Positions 18,234 through 28,064 of a DNA stretch of 64,000 nt are shown one piece after another. The position numbers and the translations under genes were made by a program. The notes under the pieces are model-generated. The model made no database searches, had not been told where the DNA came from, and saw only the letters and a program-made list of their open reading frames with translations. How positions within the stretch are numbered: position 1 is the first letter of the stretch; the number at the start of each line of letters is the position of its first letter. Source of the stretch: an uncultured virus (IMG/VR IMGVR_UViG_3300022555_000013) (lineage: Duplodnaviria; Heunggongvirae; Uroviricota; Caudoviricetes); the IMG/VR virus record IMGVR_UViG_3300022555_000013. One strand, written 5' to 3'.

Positions 18234-18485
18234 ATGAAAATGTCAGACCTACCAGAAAAGTATTTAAATGGTGAAGAAAGAATCCCTCGTGATCTTATGC
18301 GTTCTATAATTGAAACTAAAAATAAAAATTCCACAGAACATTCCGCTGGTCTATCTTTGGATGAATTAAAAAGATTTGTATCCAAATCACATTTAGATCG
18401 AATTCTCAGCAATGGCTATCAAATAAACGCTATTCCCCCATGGAGTTTTTACCTAAGGTATAAATTGATTAATATCTCACTTTAA
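18234..18485 (+). CDS. Hypothetical protein
   Basis: Likely start MKMSDLPEKY just after the promoter. Confidence 0.6.
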   Translation: MKMSDLPEKYLNGEERIPRDLMRSIIETKNKNSTEHSAGLSLDELKRFVSKSHLDRILSNGYQINAIPPWSFYLRYKLINISL

Positions 18486-20450
18486 AGTTTTTCGAACTTT
18501 ACTTGGTCTAACGGGTTTCCACTTATGATACTTCTTTCTGGTGGCTTCCAAATCATCAATATAAAGATTATTTCTTAAATTGAACATCAATTTAAAAACA
18601 TGCTTAACAACTTTTCGTTGTTTAGTTTGCTGAGTAGTTCTATCATCTTTACTTAAATAAAACTCATTCAGTTTATATTTCTTAACAACCTTTGAAACAA
18701 AACTTGAAATAATTTTCAAATACATCGCTTCCTCAGGTCTTTTACTATTCCAATACCGTATTTTAGTTAAGAAGTCTGGTGACAAGTCACAAATAATGTT
18801 AAATCCTTCGTCCAACCAAAGCTCATAAAGCTGCTTGTAGTATTTAAAATTGTTTTTAAGCGGTCCAGCCAAATGCTCCTTAGATATAAACTTTCTATTG
18901 TTAATAATAAAGTTGAGCATTTCCAATTCTAACGCTTGATTTTCAACATCTTTTTCAGACCTTAATGTATCAACATTTTTTAATCTGGTATTTATAGCTT
19001 CGTCAGTAAACGTACTACTATCTTCATCATTATCATTATTCCACATTGTTAATGTGTCCCAATTAGTACCAACACCAGATAAATCTATTATTACTTTATT
19101 TTTCAAAAGGTCGAGATAATCATAATTGGTAGAAAAAAATCTATTTTTATCATAAGAACCGAAAATATTTGAAATTGTTCCAATTCCTTTATGACCACCT
19201 GAAAATGTCCTCTGATCATTATAATCTGCCTTATCTTCAAATATTTTAACAAGCCCTGTCATGTAATCACCAAGATGTCGTATTTTAGATTTATTTGGAG
19301 CAACAGGATAATCATCATTTTTAACATCATCAAGCCGAACATCAAAATCTGTTACCTGAATAGTATTTCCATACTGAAGCATCACGAAATTTATTGGTTG
19401 ATTGTCTATGATCCCACATCGCCTATCCTTTGTTACAAGTGATTTTATACGAATTGGATTTAGCCAAGTTCCTGGCGGAACAAATACCATGTTTCCAATT
19501 ATTTGGTATCCCTTTGGGGATAATTTATACTTGAAATTATTTGGATTTGATGGGTCTTTTTTAGATGCTTCAGTACTCCTCATCGCTTTAAAATCTTTAA
19601 AGAACTCCTTTGATGAAGCATATATTTTCTTAGTTATTCTACCTCGTGAGTCCATTATAAGACCTTTTTTTAATTTACCATCTTTATCGAAAAATTGATC
19701 TCCGCCACTACTTTTAGTTCTTCCTCTACCACGATTATTAACCTGTATCATTCTTTCTTGAGCACTTATTGAAAAATCAACTTCTTCGCCACTTATCCAG
19801 TCTATATTATTTTTAGCATAAAAAACTTTGAATAATCTGTAAAATTCATATAAAGATGGTTCTTTGGCAGCATTAAAAACTTCCAATAATGTTACAATAT
19901 CACCACGTTTAATCTGCTGATTAAAGCAAGATGCAAAATATAATTTCGGATTATGTGATCTTTTAATTTCACTCAAATCCATGTTTAAAATCTTAGTAAC
20001 ATCAATCTTATACTGCCCATAATTGGCTGAATCTATCATATCAATCCATTCAGATACTTCGGATGAAAGTGGCATACCAAGCACTTTTGCAATTCCAGTT
20101 GCAGCAGAATCGCTTTTGACTTTGATTGAATATCTTTTTTGCTTAAGTTTAGTTTCATCATCAAACACCCCATGATGATCAATATAAATATCAATATCTG
20201 GACAATCCTCAGAAAAATCAACAGCAATATTTATTAAATTCTTATCAATGTTGAAAGCCTTCCAGCTCTGCTGATAATTAATAACACCAGCTTGCTTTAT
20301 AGTAAATCCATGATTTAATAAATATTTCTTCATTATAATTCCCGAACAAATTCCGTCCATATCATCATGAAAATAGATACAAACATCTTTTCCAGATTTA
20401 CCTTTTTTCTTCCAAAAATTTATATCATTAGGGATTCTCGGTGCACTCAT
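18477..20450 (-). CDS. DHH-family phosphoesterase, long form
   Basis: YFHDDMDGICSG, AVDF, YIDHH and C-terminal SGGHKGIG motifs. Confidence 0.8.
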   Translation of the reverse strand: MSAPRIPNDINFWKKKGKSGKDVCIYFHDDMDGICSGIIMKKYLLNHGFTIKQAGVINYQQSWKAFNIDKNLINIAVDFSEDCPDIDIYIDHHGVFDDETKLKQKRYSIKVKSDSAATGIAKVLGMPLSSEVSEWIDMIDSANYGQYKIDVTKILNMDLSEIKRSHNPKLYFASCFNQQIKRGDIVTLLEVFNAAKEPSLYEFYRLFKVFYAKNNIDWISGEEVDFSISAQERMIQVNNRGRGRTKSSGGDQFFDKDGKLKKGLIMDSRGRITKKIYASSKEFFKDFKAMRSTEASKKDPSNPNNFKYKLSPKGYQIIGNMVFVPPGTWLNPIRIKSLVTKDRRCGIIDNQPINFVMLQYGNTIQVTDFDVRLDDVKNDDYPVAPNKSKIRHLGDYMTGLVKIFEDKADYNDQRTFSGGHKGIGTISNIFGSYDKNRFFSTNYDYLDLLKNKVIIDLSGVGTNWDTLTMWNNDNDEDSSTFTDEAINTRLKNVDTLRSEKDVENQALELEMLNFIINNRKFISKEHLAGPLKNNFKYYKQLYELWLDEGFNIICDLSPDFLTKIRYWNSKRPEEAMYLKIISSFVSKVVKKYKLNEFYLSKDDRTTQQTKQRKVVKHVFKLMFNLRNNLYIDDLEATRKKYHKWKPVRPSKVRKTLK

Positions 20451-20496
20451 ATCTACAACTTATTTTTTAAGATGTAGTATAAAAAATGCAATAAGT

Positions 20497-20754
20497 TTAT
20501 GATTTTACATTTTTACTATTCCATATGCTGATTTGATCAGCAAGCTGATGAGCTTCAGGATCATCTATTTCTCTTAGTCTATCAATAACTGGATCACAAA
20601 TGTTCCAACTGGCAGCACTCATATCATCAAATTCTTCGGTGCCTATAAATTGTTCAGCTTGATCTAATAAATAATTTAATTCTTGTTTATTAGTCCCAAA
20701 CATAACTTTTCCAGATTCGGAAATAAAATCTTCGATATTTATCAAATGATTCAT
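20497..20754 (-). CDS. Small acidic protein with capsid-targeting-like leader
   Basis: Starts MNHLINIEDFISES. Confidence 0.7.
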   Translation of the reverse strand: MNHLINIEDFISESGKVMFGTNKQELNYLLDQAEQFIGTEEFDDMSAASWNICDPVIDRLREIDDPEAHQLADQISIWNSKNVKS

Positions 20755-20761
20755 AATTCAG

Positions 20762-21310
20762 TTATCCTTTTTTAGAAAGCAACATAACAATATCACTTAA
20801 AACTTTATCTGAAAATTTAGGGTTTAATTTTTCAATAACTGAAAATTTAGCATTTCCTTTAATTTTAACTCCCTGTGAAATCCCAGATAAATTTTTAGTG
20901 GTACCATAAAATTTGAATAAACTATCCACAAATCTATTAACATCCAATTTTAATTCTTCATTAAACTTTACAATATGAATATCATTTCCTTTTTTTCTAA
21001 GAAAATAATTAGAATCAGCATATTTTGAATTTAATGCTTCATAAATATCTTTCATTTGAACATTATCAAATTTTACAATTTTACCTTCCAATACTTCAAC
21101 GTTAATTGTAATTTTGAAATTTTGTGATGGCTGTAATGTTGCACTTGTGCCAACAGGTAATTCTGGTTCTGGCTGCATTAAACCAGGTTGTGCGGCTGGT
21201 TCTAACTCATCACTGAGCTGTATTTCTTCAGCATCTGGAGTAACAAGAGCGGTAGCAGTATTTGCTTTATTCGTATATGCATCGAATCTCTGTAGTGGCA
21301 TAGGTTTCAT
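20762..21310 (-). CDS. Hypothetical protein, paralogue of 42055-42432
   Basis: Shared GK[IV]xKF...[VI]K[FY]N...GNxKFS[VI]I pattern. Confidence 0.75.
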   Translation of the reverse strand: MKPMPLQRFDAYTNKANTATALVTPDAEEIQLSDELEPAAQPGLMQPEPELPVGTSATLQPSQNFKITINVEVLEGKIVKFDNVQMKDIYEALNSKYADSNYFLRKKGNDIHIVKFNEELKLDVNRFVDSLFKFYGTTKNLSGISQGVKIKGNAKFSVIEKLNPKFSDKVLSDIVMLLSKKG

Positions 21311-21349
21311 TATTTTTTATTATATATTAATTATTAAAAGTCTTTTTTG

Positions 21350-21388
21350 AAAAAAAAAACGCACCCCTTTTTGAAGAGTGCGTTTTTT
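21350..21388. terminator. Intrinsic terminator
   Basis: A-tract, CGCAC...GTGCG stem, T-tract, downstream of 21406-21891. Confidence 0.75.
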
Positions 21389-21405
21389 CTAAAATTTATC
21401 ACTTT

Positions 21406-21891
21406 TTATATTTCTTGTGCTGGTACATCTGTTGCAGCAGCTTGTGCACCGCCTTGTGCTGGTGGTGGTGCTGGTGTGCCACTTTGAGCCTGAACCTGAG
21501 GAGTTGTTCCATCTTGAGCAGACGGTTGAGCTGCTGGCTGGGCTGTAGGCTGAGCCTGTACTGGCTGCGCTTGCATCTGAGTCATCTGAACCTGACCTTG
21601 TGCTGGTACACCAGTTACTATTTCTACTGCTGGTAGATTAAGCTCTGCTAAATTATCATGTACCCATTGTACAATCATTTCTGCTATACTCAGTTCACCT
21701 CTGGTTTGCCTAAGGTCTTTAGTTGTGGCATCTGTATATGCTTTACAAAATTTGGTAACTAATCCTTTGTCAACCAAAACTGGCAAAGAAACCATATATC
21801 CTTTATCAAAAGGTTCAACCAATTCATTTACTTGGGGTACCTTAGCTTTAAGTTCTTTAAAATCTTTTTGACTTAATAAGTAGTTTGACAT
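21406..21891 (-). CDS. Hypothetical protein with Gln/Pro/Ala-rich disordered tail
   Basis: ORF track; own TAATATATAA motif and own terminator. Confidence 0.8.
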   Translation of the reverse strand: MSNYLLSQKDFKELKAKVPQVNELVEPFDKGYMVSLPVLVDKGLVTKFCKAYTDATTKDLRQTRGELSIAEMIVQWVHDNLAELNLPAVEIVTGVPAQGQVQMTQMQAQPVQAQPTAQPAAQPSAQDGTTPQVQAQSGTPAPPPAQGGAQAAATDVPAQEI

Positions 21892-22027
21892 ACTCTCTCG
21901 ATTATTTTTTCTTTATATATTAATTCTTAAATTCCTTTTTTTCACTATCAGTAAAAACTCAGACATTTCTATATATTAATTTTTTTATTCGAAAAATAGA
22001 ACTTATATTTGCAAAAATATTATTTAT

Positions 22028-23761
22028 ATGAAAGACGTTAAAATAGCATTAAACCAGATAAATACAGTCACTGGTGATCTGGACGGAAATTACCAAAAGG
22101 TAGTTAACGGAATAACAAAATCCCTCGCTGATGGTGCTGATATCATCGTTTTTCCAGAAACCGCCATTACTGCATATTGCGTTGGTGCCTTGTGGGATAA
22201 TATTGATTTTATTTTTGAACAAGAGCACAAAGTCAAAGAACTTATTAAAATAATTCCTTACAATAAGGCACTTATCATTGGGTATGTAAGTTATCATGGA
22301 AAAAAACCTGACGGTTTTCCATTACTCAAAAATTCCGTTGCTGTCATCAATCGCAATAAAATGAGGCGATATGATAAACAGCTTCTTGCAAATGCCGATC
22401 ATCACGAAGATCGCAAATATTTTAAGAAAGGTAAAAAGACAAAAGTTTTCAATCTTGAATTAGAAAGCACCAGCATATGCGTTGGAATTCCAATTTGCGA
22501 AGATGCTTGGTACACCAACCACAAAAGAGATATTCCTGAAGAAATGGTTAAGCTTGGTGCCGAACTTTTGATTGTACCAAATCAATCATATTTTTACTAT
22601 CATAAAAACGATTATCGTAAAACGCTTTTCGGATCAATCGCAAACCGATTCAATATTCCAGTTCTAACATTAAACTCTGTTGGTATTGGTGATATCGTAA
22701 AAAATATTATCATTTTTGATGGGAATTCCATGATATTTGATGAAAATGGAAATTATGTGCACAAAATGGATGATTTCGGTGAAGATTATTTTGTGTACGG
22801 ATTATCGGATCAGCACATTGACAACCCACCTGTATCGAAAGGTAAATATTCAGAAATCATCGATGCCCTTATTTTTGAGCAGCGTGAATTCTTCAGGCTT
22901 CTTGGAATTAAAATAGCACAAGTTCATATCAGCGGTGGAGTTGACAGTGCAATAGTAGCTGCTCTTGAAGTACTTTCGATGGGTAAAGAAAATTGCAGAT
23001 TTATCACCAACCCTACCAATCTCAACAGTTCAAGCTTACCAATGGCTCAAAGGGTTGCTGGTGCACTTGGAGTTCATTTATACGTTGATCAGCTCGAAGA
23101 AATTGCCAAAGTATTTAAGGAATACGACACCAAAGCATTTGGTGAATGTTCACCACAAATTCAGAAAGAAATTGAAACAGTTTCTCACGCTGTTGGTAGA
23201 ACAGTTCAGGGATTAGCTGCTACTCACAGATTTCAATCTGGAATCGTTGCAACAGGAAATCATACAGAAATTGTTCTTGGGTGGGCAAATTTTCATGATA
23301 TTGGATCAATTGGAGTTCATATGCCACTCGGTGATTTAACAAAATTAGAATTGTTTGAAATATCACATGAACTGAACAACCGATTTGGTTATGAAGTTAT
23401 ACCTTTAGAATTGATTGATGGTACAATTAAACCAGCGGCACAACTACCAGATGCCAATGAGGACCCGATTGATTATGCAATTCAAAGTGGTTTATGTGCT
23501 GAAGTTATACGTCACAGAAAAACAAAAAAACAACTTATTGATGATTTTAGAAATAAAAACCTAACCGTTGATTTTTTCCTTCCTACAGTATACGAAAACT
23601 ATACAATGGATCAGTTCATTAACGAAGTCAATATAACTCTTTCAAAAAGCAGAACATCTGTTTTTAAAGCTGCACAAGGGGCACCAATCGTTATTGTTTC
23701 TCCAAGAAGTCGTGGATTCAGTAATCGTGAAACACTCATCAATATGTATAAAAATATTTAA
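22028..23761 (+). CDS. nadE: Glutamine-dependent NAD+ synthetase (nitrilase-like glutaminase plus synthetase)
   Basis: Nitrilase triad context FPETAITAY, YDKQLL, ICEDAW; PP-loop ISGGVDSA; TGNHTE; PLGDLTK. TATATTTG promoter at 22004-22011. Confidence 0.9.
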   Translation: MKDVKIALNQINTVTGDLDGNYQKVVNGITKSLADGADIIVFPETAITAYCVGALWDNIDFIFEQEHKVKELIKIIPYNKALIIGYVSYHGKKPDGFPLLKNSVAVINRNKMRRYDKQLLANADHHEDRKYFKKGKKTKVFNLELESTSICVGIPICEDAWYTNHKRDIPEEMVKLGAELLIVPNQSYFYYHKNDYRKTLFGSIANRFNIPVLTLNSVGIGDIVKNIIIFDGNSMIFDENGNYVHKMDDFGEDYFVYGLSDQHIDNPPVSKGKYSEIIDALIFEQREFFRLLGIKIAQVHISGGVDSAIVAALEVLSMGKENCRFITNPTNLNSSSLPMAQRVAGALGVHLYVDQLEEIAKVFKEYDTKAFGECSPQIQKEIETVSHAVGRTVQGLAATHRFQSGIVATGNHTEIVLGWANFHDIGSIGVHMPLGDLTKLELFEISHELNNRFGYEVIPLELIDGTIKPAAQLPDANEDPIDYAIQSGLCAEVIRHRKTKKQLIDDFRNKNLTVDFFLPTVYENYTMDQFINEVNITLSKSRTSVFKAAQGAPIVIVSPRSRGFSNRETLINMYKNI

Positions 23762-23764
23762 TTT

Positions 23765-24685
23765 ATGAAACACGATGAAAATTCCATTAAAGCTGTAATA
23801 GTAGCACTGTTAGGAAACTTTGCTATTGCGGTAATAAAAGTTATAGTATCATTAATAACGTTGAGTTCAGCAATGCTTGCAGAAGCCATTCACTCTTCGG
23901 CTGACTGCTTCAATCAAATTTTTCTTCTTATTGGAAACAAACGTTCCAAAAAACAATCAACTGAAAGGCATCCATTTGGGTATGGGAAAGAATCATTCTA
24001 TTGGGCGTTAAGAGTTGCAGATTTACTTTTTCTTGTTGGTGCAATATTTTCTGTATATGAGGGTATTCACAAACTTATGCATCCAGAACCATTACAGCAT
24101 ATTTACTGGATTTTTATTGTATTAACAATATCAATTGCAATAGAATTTAAATCATGGTCTGTAGCATATAAAGCATTTATTTTAAAAAAGAAAAAAGGCT
24201 CTGGATTTATAAAGGGGCTTGAAGATTCAACTGACACAAATCTTTTAGTTATTATTTTAGAAGATTCTGCGGCTCTAATGGGTCTTATTACAGTTTTAAT
24301 TACAACTACACTTGCAATATTTTATCCAATTTTTGATGGCATTGGTAGTATTTTAGTTGGATTAATTCTCGTATATGTTTCCTATAAATTATCAGATGAA
24401 GTAAGAAAATTAATTATTGATGAAAGTATCCCAAGAGAAAAAAGGCATTTAATACGCCAAATTTTGCACGATTATGAGATAGTAGAGCATATTAATCGAG
24501 TTCGAACAGTGGTTATAGGCAACGAAAAATATTTAATTATGATTTCCGTTGACATTGATGATGATGCTGCGGGATATCACGTTGAAGATATGTTCGAAGA
24601 AATAAGACTTGATATTAAAAACCAAATTCCAGAGGTCTTTGAAATTTATGTTGATGTCAAAAAAGCAAATTCCGAAAAAAATTAA
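23765..24685 (+). CDS. Cation diffusion facilitator (CDF) family transporter
   Basis: Six hydrophobic segments; AEAIHSSAD, HPFGYGKE, ILEDSAAL; C-terminal cytoplasmic domain. Confidence 0.9.
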   Translation: MKHDENSIKAVIVALLGNFAIAVIKVIVSLITLSSAMLAEAIHSSADCFNQIFLLIGNKRSKKQSTERHPFGYGKESFYWALRVADLLFLVGAIFSVYEGIHKLMHPEPLQHIYWIFIVLTISIAIEFKSWSVAYKAFILKKKKGSGFIKGLEDSTDTNLLVIILEDSAALMGLITVLITTTLAIFYPIFDGIGSILVGLILVYVSYKLSDEVRKLIIDESIPREKRHLIRQILHDYEIVEHINRVRTVVIGNEKYLIMISVDIDDDAAGYHVEDMFEEIRLDIKNQIPEVFEIYVDVKKANSEKN

Positions 24686-24692
24686 GTAAAAA

Positions 24693-24729
24693 TTTTTTTT
24701 TCTCATACATTGTTTGTACATTTGTCGGG
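24693..24729 (+). promoter_or_regulatory. Bacteroidota-type promoter (TACATTTG at 24717-24724)
   Basis: Near-duplicate of 18181-18216. Confidence 0.75.
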
Positions 24730-24747
24730 TAATTAAAATCCGAACAT

Positions 24748-25095
24748 ATGAAACTTAAATCCAAAGTAGTTAAATTGTGGGTAGCTAATAAAGAGCACTT
24801 ATTTGAACTTGGAAGCAAACTGCGAATTACAAAGGATGATTGTTGGTCTGTTGAATTCGATGCAGAAGGAAATGCACTCGGTTATTTTTGGTGGGATAGT
24901 TCCTTATGGAAAGATGCTCCTGATACAATTAGAAAACCAAAAAATGCCCATAAGATAATATCTTCCACATTGGATATAGGTCACGGTACTTTAAGAATGA
25001 CCGCACAAAAAAGAATTGAATTAGGTGTACAACCAAATTTTGACGATTTATCTGATTTCAGCTTATGGGAAAAGTCGGGTAAATTAAAAGTCTAA
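24748..25095 (+). CDS. Hypothetical protein
   Basis: ORF track. Confidence 0.75.
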   Translation: MKLKSKVVKLWVANKEHLFELGSKLRITKDDCWSVEFDAEGNALGYFWWDSSLWKDAPDTIRKPKNAHKIISSTLDIGHGTLRMTAQKRIELGVQPNFDDLSDFSLWEKSGKLKV

Positions 25096-25114
25096 CCTCA
25101 AAAACCTGAAAATT

Positions 25115-25387
25115 ATGGAAAATCCAATCTTAATGACAAAGGTAGTACGGTATTGTCTTTTCAAAAAAAGGATTGACGAGCCAGAATGTACACATTACTG
25201 CACCAGAATCTGGACAGAAAGCCCCTTCGGAACCGATTCACGGATGAAAGCCACATGGTCAATTGCACATGTTGTAAATAGCCTTGGTGTACCAGCCCCA
25301 ATTGGCCCCCCTATTGAAGGTGAACTTGCAGAAAAACTTGAAGCCGAATTCCAAGCATGGGTTAAAAAAGTTCAAAAAATCAAGTAA
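25115..25387 (+). CDS. Hypothetical protein
   Basis: ORF track. Confidence 0.7.
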   Translation: MENPILMTKVVRYCLFKKRIDEPECTHYCTRIWTESPFGTDSRMKATWSIAHVVNSLGVPAPIGPPIEGELAEKLEAEFQAWVKKVQKIK

Positions 25388-25461
25388 TATATTGATTTGA
25401 AGAGATTTAAGACCAAAATTATTTATTATTATATAAGTAGAATTATATCTTGCATGATTTT

Positions 25462-25484
25462 AAGCCCCCTCGTGGGGCTTTTTT
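25462..25484 (+). terminator. Intrinsic terminator
   Basis: AAGCCCC-ctcgt-GGGGCTT followed by a T-tract. Confidence 0.8.
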
Positions 25485-25524
25485 ATTAAACTTTATTCGT
25501 ACTTTTGCATACAATATGTGAAAT

Positions 25525-25794
25525 ATGGAAGAAGTAAGAATTACCGAACTCGAAGAAGGAAAATATTATACCTTATCACTTGATGTTAAAGAAAGATATA
25601 ATTCAAGTGGTGTTAATATTATTGAAGTGAAAGTTCTAATTAAATTAGGGCATTCAATAAAACTACATTTAATAGCTAAAAATTCTGAAGTGTGGTACTC
25701 AACAAATATCAGAATTTTATTATTTGATGAAATTCCTCCAAAATATTTTAGAAAAGATAAATTAAAAAATATAGAAAAAAATTTAGAAGAATGA
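25525..25794 (+). CDS. Hypothetical protein with tag
   Basis: Ends YFRKDKLKNIEKNLEE; AAACTT-N16-TACAAT upstream at 25488-25515. Confidence 0.8.
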   Translation: MEEVRITELEEGKYYTLSLDVKERYNSSGVNIIEVKVLIKLGHSIKLHLIAKNSEVWYSTNIRILLFDEIPPKYFRKDKLKNIEKNLEE

Positions 25795-26303
25795 ACGATT
25801 TGATATTACAATTAGCAACTGCACTCTTTGAAAATAAAGAATGCATAAATAAAAACATTTCATTTGTAACAAACTACAAAAAACACTTCGAACCATATTT
25901 TAATAAATCGGCTTTAAATAAAAAATGGTTTGATAAAATCAAAGAAATTTTATTTACAGAAAAAGTTGATTCTTTCAATCTTACAATAGAATTTGAATCT
26001 GGTAGACCAAAAATGCTTGATTCGAAAGACACATCGTTTTCTATAGGTTGGTATAGATGCCAATTTATTTTTCATGGTAAAACAGAAATTAATGTTGTCT
26101 TTGATAGTCTATCAGACTATTGTGGTTTGGGGCAATCAGATTTTAATCGATTTATGGGATTTAGAGAAACTGAGGATAACGGTGTTGTAGTTAAAAATAT
26201 TCCAGAAACAATACAAAATCTTGTCGATCTTAAAAATATTCTAATTGAAAATGGGCATAAAACAATCGCACAATTATCAAAAATAAAAGATTCAAACAAA
26301 TGA
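25791..26303 (+). CDS. Hypothetical protein
   Basis: ORF track; ATGA overlap. Confidence 0.75.
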   Translation: MNDLILQLATALFENKECINKNISFVTNYKKHFEPYFNKSALNKKWFDKIKEILFTEKVDSFNLTIEFESGRPKMLDSKDTSFSIGWYRCQFIFHGKTEINVVFDSLSDYCGLGQSDFNRFMGFRETEDNGVVVKNIPETIQNLVDLKNILIENGHKTIAQLSKIKDSNK

Positions 26304-26408
26304 CAGCAATTATTATTATATCAGCAGTTCTAATTGGTGGATATGCAATTTACTCCGTAATTGACATATTAAGAATTAGAAAAATAATTTTTAAAAAAAT
26401 CTCAAAAC

Positions 26409-26918
26409 ATGAAAATTAACATCATTGTATCAGCATCACTCAATTGGGTTATAGGAGCCAATAACAAATTATTATGGCGGCTTAAATCTGACCTTAAGCG
26501 ATTCAAAGAATTAACAACTGGGAAAATTGTAATCATGGGTCAAAAAACATACGAATCACTTCCCAATGGGGCATTACCAAATAGAACGAACATTGTTCTT
26601 ACTGATGATGAAGATTATTCTGGTGTTGATATCATTCTGGCATTTAATATTGAAGAAGCTCTTATCAAAGCAACATATTATGCTGGTGAAGATGCTGAAA
26701 TATTCATAATTGGTGGCGGGATGGTATATCGGCACTTCTTACCATTAGCAGCCACCATTTATCTGACACGAGTTCACACTTTGATCGAAGGTGATACTAT
26801 CTTCCCAAACATTGATGAAATGCCTGAATGGGTACCTCAAATAGCCGAAGCAGAAACTCATCCAATAGATGAGAACAATGAATATGCATATTCATATCAA
26901 AAATATATTAAAAAATAA
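26409..26918 (+). CDS. folA: Dihydrofolate reductase
   Basis: VIGANNKLLWRLKSDLKRFKELT, IMGQKTYESLP, LPNRTNIVLT, FIIGGGMVY, EGDTIFP. Confidence 0.95.
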   Translation: MKINIIVSASLNWVIGANNKLLWRLKSDLKRFKELTTGKIVIMGQKTYESLPNGALPNRTNIVLTDDEDYSGVDIILAFNIEEALIKATYYAGEDAEIFIIGGGMVYRHFLPLAATIYLTRVHTLIEGDTIFPNIDEMPEWVPQIAEAETHPIDENNEYAYSYQKYIKK

Positions 26919-26921
26919 AAA

Positions 26922-27266
26922 ATGAGCTACCAAGACAACGAAATAAATTATAATCATTTTCAACGTGTTAAGCAATCAATAGAAGCATTATATCTGGCAT
27001 TTGTTGAAACACACAATGAATATCTAAGAGTTATTGAGGATGTTGAATGCTTTGATGATGAGAAAATAAATGAAATTCACTCAACTCTTATGGAATATGA
27101 TGCTGAATTAGATAAAATGAAGGCAAGTTTATTTATGATGCAATCTAAAAACAAAACCATACGGTCCTATTTCAATCAAACCAGACTCATGAAAAAAGCA
27201 AGGCTTACCAAAATTGAGTCAAAAATGAACAAACCCGAAGATGACGATGATGGGTTACCATTTTAA
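26922..27266 (+). CDS. Coiled-coil hypothetical protein with acidic DDDDGLPF tail
   Basis: ORF track; variant tag KKARLTKIE before the tail. Confidence 0.75.
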   Translation: MSYQDNEINYNHFQRVKQSIEALYLAFVETHNEYLRVIEDVECFDDEKINEIHSTLMEYDAELDKMKASLFMMQSKNKTIRSYFNQTRLMKKARLTKIESKMNKPEDDDDGLPF

Positions 27267-27279
27267 AATAAATCTAAAA

Positions 27280-27519
27280 ATGATATTAAAAATTAAAGTA
27301 TCTCCATATACGACAGAAGCGGTTGAATTATTAGCTAAAAAACTTAAATGGAAAGAAGTAAGCCGTGGTGTTTGTCAAGGATTCGTTGGTCTTGGCGGAT
27401 GCAAAAATGATAAGTTTATCATAGAATATGACATTCCAAGTGATGATAGTGATTTTTCTGCCAGCGTAGAATTTGAAATCATAAAAAGTGATTATTCCAT
27501 TGAATATAAAGAATTATGA
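27280..27519 (+). CDS. Hypothetical protein
   Basis: Likely start MILKIKVSP within ORF 27241-27519. Confidence 0.65.
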   Translation: MILKIKVSPYTTEAVELLAKKLKWKEVSRGVCQGFVGLGGCKNDKFIIEYDIPSDDSDFSASVEFEIIKSDYSIEYKEL

Positions 27520-27707
27520 AGCACTACCAATGTAATATCTGCGGAGAATTTTTTAATTTATCTATAGGTACTAAAAGCTATTTGGTTAAATTAACTGCAT
27601 CAATCTGTCCAAAATGCAACTCATTTGAAATCAGTTTAACACCTCACGGAATTCGCCAATTGGAAAGAATAAGTAAAATAAAAAAACTAAATGAAAAAGA
27701 ACACTAA
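27516..27707 (+). CDS. Small Zn-ribbon protein with tag
   Basis: CNICG...CPKCNS; ends LERISKIKKLNEKEH. Confidence 0.75.
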   Translation: MKHYQCNICGEFFNLSIGTKSYLVKLTASICPKCNSFEISLTPHGIRQLERISKIKKLNEKEH

Positions 27708-27864
27708 GATATTGTTATTAATTTTCATAGGGTTATCAATTGGAGCGATTGTATGCTCATTTCTTGGCGCAGCGGTAGTTGGTGCTTGGTCAGCATCAAT
27801 AATGTATCTGGGGGCTTTATTTGCAGTAACACTCGCAGCGTTATATGAAAACGATGAACTATGA
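27691..27864 (+). CDS. Small two-TM membrane protein (57 aa)
   Basis: Hand-translated MKKNTKILLLIFIGLSIGAIVCSFLGAAVVGAWSASIMYLGALFAVTLAALYENDEL. Confidence 0.65.
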   Translation: MKKNTKILLLIFIGLSIGAIVCSFLGAAVVGAWSASIMYLGALFAVTLAALYENDEL

Positions 27865-28064
27865 AAAAATGTAAAGACTTTGTAATCTTCAAAATCAGAT
27901 ATTATGCTGATGAAAAGAAATTCCAAAAATATACACAAGAAGACCCATTACTAAGGCAACGAATGTAAACACACCGTACAAAATATTGAAGAAAACAAAT
28001 ATATTTTCTGTAAGAAAAAGATTACCATGGAAAAGAGATTATTATAAAAAAAACAACTTAAATT

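Noticed and set aside
25791..27266. Counting the C-termini of 25791-26303 and 26922-27266 as true RxxKL tags
   Set aside because: They lack the invariant Arg/Lys pair (TIAQLSKI; KKARLTKI) and are treated as possible variants only.
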